Part shown: positions 58,486 to 64,000 of the stretch, one piece after another
How positions within the stretch are numbered: position 1 is the stretch's first letter
Layout of the letters: the number at the start of each line of letters is the position of its first letter
DNA from: an uncultured Gammaproteobacteria bacterium
GTDB lineage: Bacteria > Pseudomonadota > Gammaproteobacteria > JAURND01
Length of the DNA stretch: 64,000 bases
Reading direction: 5' to 3'
Assembly: GCA_963797335.1 (NCBI GenBank)
Contig: CAWCOU010000006.1
Span: 1,148,413 to 1,212,412 of the forward strand
Translations under genes and position numbers: made by a program
Notes under the pieces: model-generated
What the model was told of the DNA's origin: nothing
Database searches by the model: none
What the model saw: only the letters and a program-made list of their open reading frames with translations

Positions 58486-58816
58486 GTTTTTAAAAAAATT
58501 AATCTTTATTTTAAGCTAGCCTTAAGAATAGCAAGAAAAAATAATTCCTCGTTTTCCATTTATTTTTGTGGAAATATGGTTTAAAATACAAATAAACAAA
58601 CATTCAATCGCTCTTAAAATGCTAATCATTCTCAATAATGGTTATTATTTCCCTCAAACAGTTTTCAGGATGCAACTGTTGTATCTGAAGTGATCGCAGA
58701 AATCATTATTTCACATAATAACAATATCAAATGTCATCATGACCACAATGGATAAAAATCATGATTGAAATAGGGTATTTCTATTTTTAAAAATTAAAAA
58801 AATAAGGATTATACGT

Positions 58817-59617
58817 ATGCACAACCCAAAAAATATTGTGGAATTATATTCTGGTGAAGATTTACCAGTTTTATTTAAAGGTGGATTTATTAATTTTGGT
58901 TATTGGGATGATTCAATTGCTCAAGAAAATAAAATCACATATGACCAAGTTATTAACGCAAATAAAGCTCTATATCAAAAACTTGTTGACTTAATTTCTA
59001 TCGGAAAGACAGATCGTGTGTTAGAGGTTGGTTCAGGCTTCGGAGCTGGTTGTGCATTGATATCGAAACTGTACACACCAAATTCTATAACTGGCATTGA
59101 TTATTTTAACTCGCATGTGGAACATGCCACCAAACTTCATCAGGAATTAGTATCCCAAAAAAGAATATCTTTTCTTCAAGGTAAAGCGGAAAGCTTACCT
59201 ATCCCGGATCAATCCATAGATAAGCTTGTGACTTTGGAAGCTTTTCAACATTTTGACCCTGTAAAAGCCATTCGAGAATTCGGACGAATTTTAGTAGACA
59301 AAGGAGTTTTAGGTATATCCACATTTTTTGCGCTAAAAAAGGAATTTTTCAAAGAAATATTACAACTTCTTCCTAGACCTGCTGTTTTGTCAGATGAATC
59401 TGATGAAAAAAATTCTGCCTTACCCGAAGTAATAGAAGCTCTTAAAGTATCAGGGTTTCATGATGTAGAGGTAGTGCCAATTGGCGATCATGTTTGGTAC
59501 GGTTATGATAAGTGGGTTAAGCAAAATGAACCGGGCATTTGGGATACCAATTGGCTTCCTGCATATCAAAAAGGATTGCTAGATTATTTTATTATTAGAG
59601 CTGTTAGAAAAAGATAG
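58817..59617 (+). CDS. class I SAM-dependent methyltransferase
   Basis: Motif I VLEVGSGFGAGCALIS. Confidence 0.7.
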   Translation: MHNPKNIVELYSGEDLPVLFKGGFINFGYWDDSIAQENKITYDQVINANKALYQKLVDLISIGKTDRVLEVGSGFGAGCALISKLYTPNSITGIDYFNSHVEHATKLHQELVSQKRISFLQGKAESLPIPDQSIDKLVTLEAFQHFDPVKAIREFGRILVDKGVLGISTFFALKKEFFKEILQLLPRPAVLSDESDEKNSALPEVIEALKVSGFHDVEVVPIGDHVWYGYDKWVKQNEPGIWDTNWLPAYQKGLLDYFIIRAVRKR

Positions 59618-59653
59618 CCTATTTGGAGTTATTATTTTAGGTAGATGATATAA

Positions 59654-60661
59654 ATGTCCGATAAAGATCCTAGCGTTAAAAAAACAAAAGATTACAAAGA
59701 ATTACTACAAAAAATTGTTGTACATAGAAATGAAAAAATTGCGCCGTTGACAAGCACTATGGATAGACCAGGTATTGCTGAAAATATTTCTTTCACTCTT
59801 GAGCTTAGAAATGGAACCCAACTGCCTGTGGAAGTTTTTCGTCCGATCAATAGCACTTTGGAATTTTATCCAACTATTTTCCATATCCCAGGATCTGGGT
59901 TTAACACTTTAAATCCGTACTTTGCTTTTGTTACTTGTAGCCAGCTTGCAGAACATTCAGGCTGTCAGGTTATTGTCATTAATCATCGACTTGTTCCAGA
60001 GCATCCATTTCCCGCAGGGCAGGATGACAGCATGGAGGTATTTTGCACTTTAATGGACAATTCTATATTTTTAAAAATTGATCTTTGCAAAGTGGCTCTT
60101 TCTGGATACAGTTCTGGCGGGACTTATGCAGCTTGGGTGGCAAATCAAGAGGGTGATTGTTCACAAAGTGGACATTTAAGCAATATTAAGCATCTATTCT
60201 TGATTAGTCCTTTGGTGGATCTATCCGGTCTGATGCCGCGTATAGCGCAGGAGTCAGAGATTCAAGACCATATAGTTAGCCAACACTTTATTGAAGGAAT
60301 GAAGGAGTACTATCTGCATGGCATATCAAATCTATCTGATTCCAAGCTTTCACCGTATCTCCAAGAAATTAAAGAAAATCACCCTCCTACTCACTTTACC
60401 CGAGGTCATCACGATCGATTGGCATCTGATACAGAAGCTTATAAAAATAAGCTTAAAGCGAAAACTATGGTTTCCTCAACTAATATTCAGGGATGTCATG
60501 ATGTTTTTTGGCATAAGAAGGAAGCTATACTGGATGTTGCCGGCATGGCAAGACAAACTATAGGGGTGGTTATACCTAGATCAGTGGGTACGGCACCACA
60601 AGAAAAAGATGAGGTATTGGACAAAAGCAATAATGATACTAGTCTTGCGTCAAAAATATAA
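59654..60661 (+). CDS. alpha/beta-hydrolase fold-3 esterase/lipase
   Basis: HIPGSGF (HGGG-type oxyanion motif). GYSSGG (GxSxG). Confidence 0.7.
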   Translation: MSDKDPSVKKTKDYKELLQKIVVHRNEKIAPLTSTMDRPGIAENISFTLELRNGTQLPVEVFRPINSTLEFYPTIFHIPGSGFNTLNPYFAFVTCSQLAEHSGCQVIVINHRLVPEHPFPAGQDDSMEVFCTLMDNSIFLKIDLCKVALSGYSSGGTYAAWVANQEGDCSQSGHLSNIKHLFLISPLVDLSGLMPRIAQESEIQDHIVSQHFIEGMKEYYLHGISNLSDSKLSPYLQEIKENHPPTHFTRGHHDRLASDTEAYKNKLKAKTMVSSTNIQGCHDVFWHKKEAILDVAGMARQTIGVVIPRSVGTAPQEKDEVLDKSNNDTSLASKI

Positions 60662-60672
60662 ATAAAAGGCAA

Positions 60673-61068
60673 ATGATGACACATTATTATTTAAATGAGA
60701 TGATAAACAAGGCGGCTCAAGCACTGGACTTTTGTTACGTTCCCGTGTCTAATTTTCGAGTGAGTGCTTGCATTCTAACAGAACACAATCGAATATTTGT
60801 TGGATGTAATTTTGAGAATGCCAGTTTCCCACTAAGTGTGTGCGCTGAAACCTCCGCTATTGCCAATATGATAAGCTCAGGATCAAGAAGCATACGTGCC
60901 ATACTTATTATGAATAATGAAGCAGAGTTATGCTCTCCATGCGGTGGGTGTAGGCAGCAAATTTTTGAATTTTCACAAAAGGACACTTTAATTCATTTAT
61001 ATGGGAACGGTCAATTAAAAAAAACTTTAACTATTGAAGAATTATTACCCTGCCCGTTTCATTTATAG
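60673..61068 (+). CDS. cytidine/deoxycytidylate deaminase-family zinc enzyme
   Basis: CAETSAI...PCGGCRQ (CAE / PCxxC zinc ligands). Confidence 0.75.
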   Translation: MMTHYYLNEMINKAAQALDFCYVPVSNFRVSACILTEHNRIFVGCNFENASFPLSVCAETSAIANMISSGSRSIRAILIMNNEAELCSPCGGCRQQIFEFSQKDTLIHLYGNGQLKKTLTIEELLPCPFHL

Positions 61069-61102
61069 ATGAATTTAAAACTTATATGGAATTGGATACC
61101 TT

Positions 61103-62305
61103 ATGGCAATTACTAATGATGAGCTCCATAATGAGCTTGAAAGATTAAAACACATTATTGAGCAACAAGAGCTAGAAATAGTTAGATTGAAAAGTGTTAT
61201 TGATAACCTTCCCGGGAGTATCTATTGGAAGGATATAGATGGAAAATATTTAGGAAATAATAAATTTGCTCGCGATAAAATGGTTGGTTTAGATTTGGCC
61301 GAGTCTGTCATTGGAAAAACAGATTACGACTTATTTGCTAAAGAAGTTGCCGAAGAGTTTAGAAAAAATGATTTAGAAGTCATTGATAATAATAGTGAAA
61401 TATCACGAGAAGAGACTACCACTCTTTCTGATGGTAGAGAAATTTTTCAATTGTCAAGGAAAAGGCCGCTACATGACACCAATGGTAAAGTTATTGGAAT
61501 TGTTGGCAATACAGTTGATATTACCGAATTAAAAACAACGCAAGACAAATTACGAAATGTTGAAGATAGACTGGCCGGTATGTTATCACTCAGTGCTTCA
61601 ATTGCTCATGAATTGCGCACTCCCATTACAGCCATTCAATTTGGTGTTAGCGGCGTAAAAGAGTACCTTCCCTCCCTTGTAAAAGCATATAACACAGCTA
61701 AAAAACATCAACTCAAAGTAGACAATATCCAGAGTCAGCATCTCAAAATTCTTTCAGGCGTCTTTGATACTCTTGAGTCTGAAGTGATATATGCAGATAC
61801 TATTATCAATATGATATTGATGAATCTTAAGCATACCGATATTCCAGATGTAAATTTAAAAATACTCTCCATAAGTTCTTGCGTTGAAGAAGCCATACGA
61901 CGTTATCCATTTAAAAAAGAACAACGTGATCTTATTGAATGGTCAAGTGAGGGTGATTTTTCGTTTATGGGTGAGCAACTGCTTATGGTACATGTGTTGT
62001 TTAACTTAATGAAAAATTCTTTTTACTATATAGAAGCAGAGAACAAGGGGAAAATTCAAATATGGTTTGATTCAGATGAGTATGATAACATTCTTTACTT
62101 TAAAGATACTGCAAAAGGTATCCTAGAGGATGTGTTACCGAAATTATTTGAAAAATTTTATTCGACTACTCGACATGGTACTGGCTTAGGACTTTCGTAT
62201 TGCAAAATGATTATGACCAGTTTTGGCGGCACGATAACTTGTCAATCAACTTACGGAGAATTCACACAATTTACATTAACTTTCCCGAAAATAGAAAATA
62301 ATTAA
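61103..62305 (+). CDS. sensor histidine kinase PAS-HisKA-HATPase_c, paralog of 55147..56844
   Basis: PAS NIPGSIYWKDIDGKYLGNN. H-box IAHELRTPI. G-box GTGLGLSYCK. Confidence 0.75.
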   Translation: MAITNDELHNELERLKHIIEQQELEIVRLKSVIDNLPGSIYWKDIDGKYLGNNKFARDKMVGLDLAESVIGKTDYDLFAKEVAEEFRKNDLEVIDNNSEISREETTTLSDGREIFQLSRKRPLHDTNGKVIGIVGNTVDITELKTTQDKLRNVEDRLAGMLSLSASIAHELRTPITAIQFGVSGVKEYLPSLVKAYNTAKKHQLKVDNIQSQHLKILSGVFDTLESEVIYADTIINMILMNLKHTDIPDVNLKILSISSCVEEAIRRYPFKKEQRDLIEWSSEGDFSFMGEQLLMVHVLFNLMKNSFYYIEAENKGKIQIWFDSDEYDNILYFKDTAKGILEDVLPKLFEKFYSTTRHGTGLGLSYCKMIMTSFGGTITCQSTYGEFTQFTLTFPKIENN

Positions 62306-62363
62306 TTGCAAATTATTCTATTTTTGTAATAAAAAATCGGACTTCGTGGGGAAGAAAATCAGA

Positions 62364-63155
62364 ATGCCAATATTAAATATCAATAACGCTGAAATTTATT
62401 ATGAATTACAAGGTTCCGGTCAACCTCTAGTGCTTATATCAGGCATTATGGGCGATCATACCGTTTGGGAACCGATACTGGATGAATTGGTAAAAGATTA
62501 TCAAGTACTCATTTTTGATAATCGGGGAGTTGGACAAACAAGGGATGATGGTGAAGATTTCACAGTCGAAACTATGGCCGATGATGTTTTCGCAATCTGC
62601 GAAACTTTAAACTTTAAGCATCCCCATATTGTAGGTAGCTCCTTTGGCGGCATGATTGCCCAAATGCTAGCAAAAAAACATGGAAAATATATAAAAACAC
62701 TAACTTTATCCAATACATTTCCCAGAGTAAGCTCATCTTCAAGCATCTTATTTTCTTATATTTCTAAACTCCATGAATTATGTGATCCGCCGAGCAGCAT
62801 CTATAATGCCGTCATACCTTGGGGCTTCTCTGATGAATTTCTCACGCCCGAAGTTATTGATTCTATAAGAAGATTAAGTGACACTCACCCCTATCCACAA
62901 TCCAAAGAAGACTATACCCGCCAACTTAATGCTATGAGTGCTTTTGATTCCAGCGATTGGGTAAGTTCCATTTCAATACCTACATTAGTATTGGGTTCAG
63001 AACAAGATAGAATTGCTCCACCGGAGGAATCTATAAGACTTGCTAAGCTAATTCCAAGAGCAGAATTGAGTATTTTGCCAGGTGGGCATGTATCTCAAAT
63101 GGAGCATCAATCATTTTTTGTGGAATTATTGAAAAAATTCCATAAAATCATGTGA
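62364..63155 (+). CDS. alpha/beta hydrolase (lactonase/esterase-like)
   Basis: HIVGSSFGGMIA nucleophile elbow. Catalytic His near the C-terminus. The track GTG start 62346 is also possible. Confidence 0.7.
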   Translation: MPILNINNAEIYYELQGSGQPLVLISGIMGDHTVWEPILDELVKDYQVLIFDNRGVGQTRDDGEDFTVETMADDVFAICETLNFKHPHIVGSSFGGMIAQMLAKKHGKYIKTLTLSNTFPRVSSSSSILFSYISKLHELCDPPSSIYNAVIPWGFSDEFLTPEVIDSIRRLSDTHPYPQSKEDYTRQLNAMSAFDSSDWVSSISIPTLVLGSEQDRIAPPEESIRLAKLIPRAELSILPGGHVSQMEHQSFFVELLKKFHKIM

Positions 63156-63269
63156 TTGCATGAATAACTCGACGAATCACCCTCGGATAAAGTATAATTT
63201 TGCTAACATTTACCTATTTCAGATAAATTAAAATTTATCTTCCTCAACTTAGATTAACGGAGAGTGGAC

Positions 63270-64000
63270 ATGGATGAATACGAAATATCCTGCATTTATT
63301 ACCCAACTACGGTTGTTGTAGTCGATGATAATGAATCCGTCTTGGAAAATATCTTACTTAAAGTTGGTAAGAATATTCCTTGTAAGATATTTTCCGATCC
63401 CAAAGAAGGATTGGCCTATATTAAAAAAACACTCAAAAAAGCAGACATTCTGTCAGATATTATAGGAGTTAATGAAAGCTCTGTGGATTACAGCCACGAA
63501 TCAAATCGTTTCCCAATTCAGTATGATCTTAAAAAAATCTTCCAACATGCGTCTGATAAACAGCGATTTCAACAAATATCAGTGCTTGTCATTGATTATG
63601 CTATGCCCGGCATGAATGGTGAAGAGCTTTGTAGAGCTTTAAAAAGAGCAAAGGGAAACCCAGTGAAGATTATTATGCTAACTGGTGAAATTGATGAACC
63701 AATGGCTGTTAGATTGTTTAATGAGGGACTGATTGATAGATTTTTAAGAAAAGCTCGACCTGGAGTAGACGAAGAATTAAAAAACTGCATTATTGAAATG
63801 CAACGCCGTTATTTTCAAGATTTAACCTATCCAATTATTCGAGGCATTATTTCAGATAAAGATTCCGCTTTAGGCGACCCAGCTTTTAGAGAATTTTTTA
63901 ATAAAATTTGCCAACAAGTTTCAGCTTCCAGTTATTATCTTATAGAAACTTCCGGTAGTTTTATCTTTTTTAACAATGCTGGCAAACCCAAATGGCTGCT
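63270..64000 (+). CDS. response regulator (N-terminal REC domain), 3' end beyond window
   Basis: VVVVDDNESV...VLVIDYAMPGMNGEEL...IIMLTGE. RBS ggagag. Confidence 0.65.
   Translation, partial: MDEYEISCIYYPTTVVVVDDNESVLENILLKVGKNIPCKIFSDPKEGLAYIKKTLKKADILSDIIGVNESSVDYSHESNRFPIQYDLKKIFQHASDKQRFQQISVLVIDYAMPGMNGEELCRALKRAKGNPVKIIMLTGEIDEPMAVRLFNEGLIDRFLRKARPGVDEELKNCIIEMQRRYFQDLTYPIIRGIISDKDSALGDPAFREFFNKICQQVSASSYYLIETSGSFIFFNNAGKPKWL

Overview
This 64-kb window has a low-to-moderate GC content. Its gene content (eukaryote-like ankyrin, TPR and Ser/Pro-rich proteins, PAS histidine kinases, an Hfq paralog, PFGI-1-class conjugation genes) is consistent with a Legionella-like gammaproteobacterium. 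That taxon call is inference only.

Layout:
- 1..5.2 kb: ordinary-looking genes: alpha/beta hydrolase, CsbD, PepSY, DUF3309, a GT9 glycosyltransferase, DedA.
- 5.3..9.4 kb: an AT-rich block with a Ser/Pro-rich disordered protein, a ParA/Soj ATPase preceded by three 12-bp iterons, and a gene bracketed by two copies of a 40-nt hairpin repeat.
- 9436..9480: a 45-nt 3' fragment of tRNA-Lys(UUU) with no 5' half. It sits between the parA module and a P4-type tyrosine integrase (9624..10844). This is the att core of a tRNA-Lys-targeting integrative conjugative element (ICE) of the pKLC102/PAPI-1/PFGI-1/ICEHin1056 class.
- 9.6..64 kb, almost all on the + strand: the ICE itself.
  - A metabolic/regulatory cargo block: two 2-hydroxyacid dehydrogenases, a transporter, an HTH-methyltransferase fusion, LuxR-type regulators.
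  - An ~18.5-kb GI-type type IV secretion system (T4SS) operon (17.1..35.7 kb). It includes a PilL-like protein, a RAQPRD-family-like protein, a VirB4/TraC-like 917-aa ATPase and a TraD/VirD4-like 676-aa coupling protein.
  - A 'leading-region-like' block (35.8..43.5 kb): mazG-like gene, a highly structured leader, ssb, four strongly RBS-driven orphan genes each followed by a conserved G-rich hairpin terminator, an orphan N6-adenine methyltransferase, and an SNF2 helicase.
  - Eukaryote-like effector candidates: a 714-aa protein and an ankyrin protein.
  - A KfrA-like protein with a 19-bp inverted-repeat operator.
  - A second copy of the structured noncoding element.
  - A tandem-duplicated DUF551 protein.
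  - An element-borne Hfq paralog next to a second tyrosine recombinase.
  - A cargo cluster (51.7..64 kb): GNAT, an NRPS-like A-T didomain, two paralogous PAS histidine kinases, a response regulator, a methyltransferase, an esterase, a cytidine deaminase and hydrolases. It is interrupted by an intact IS4-family IS with 20-bp terminal inverted repeats and a 9-bp target duplication.

No CRISPR array, rRNA or intact tRNA was seen.
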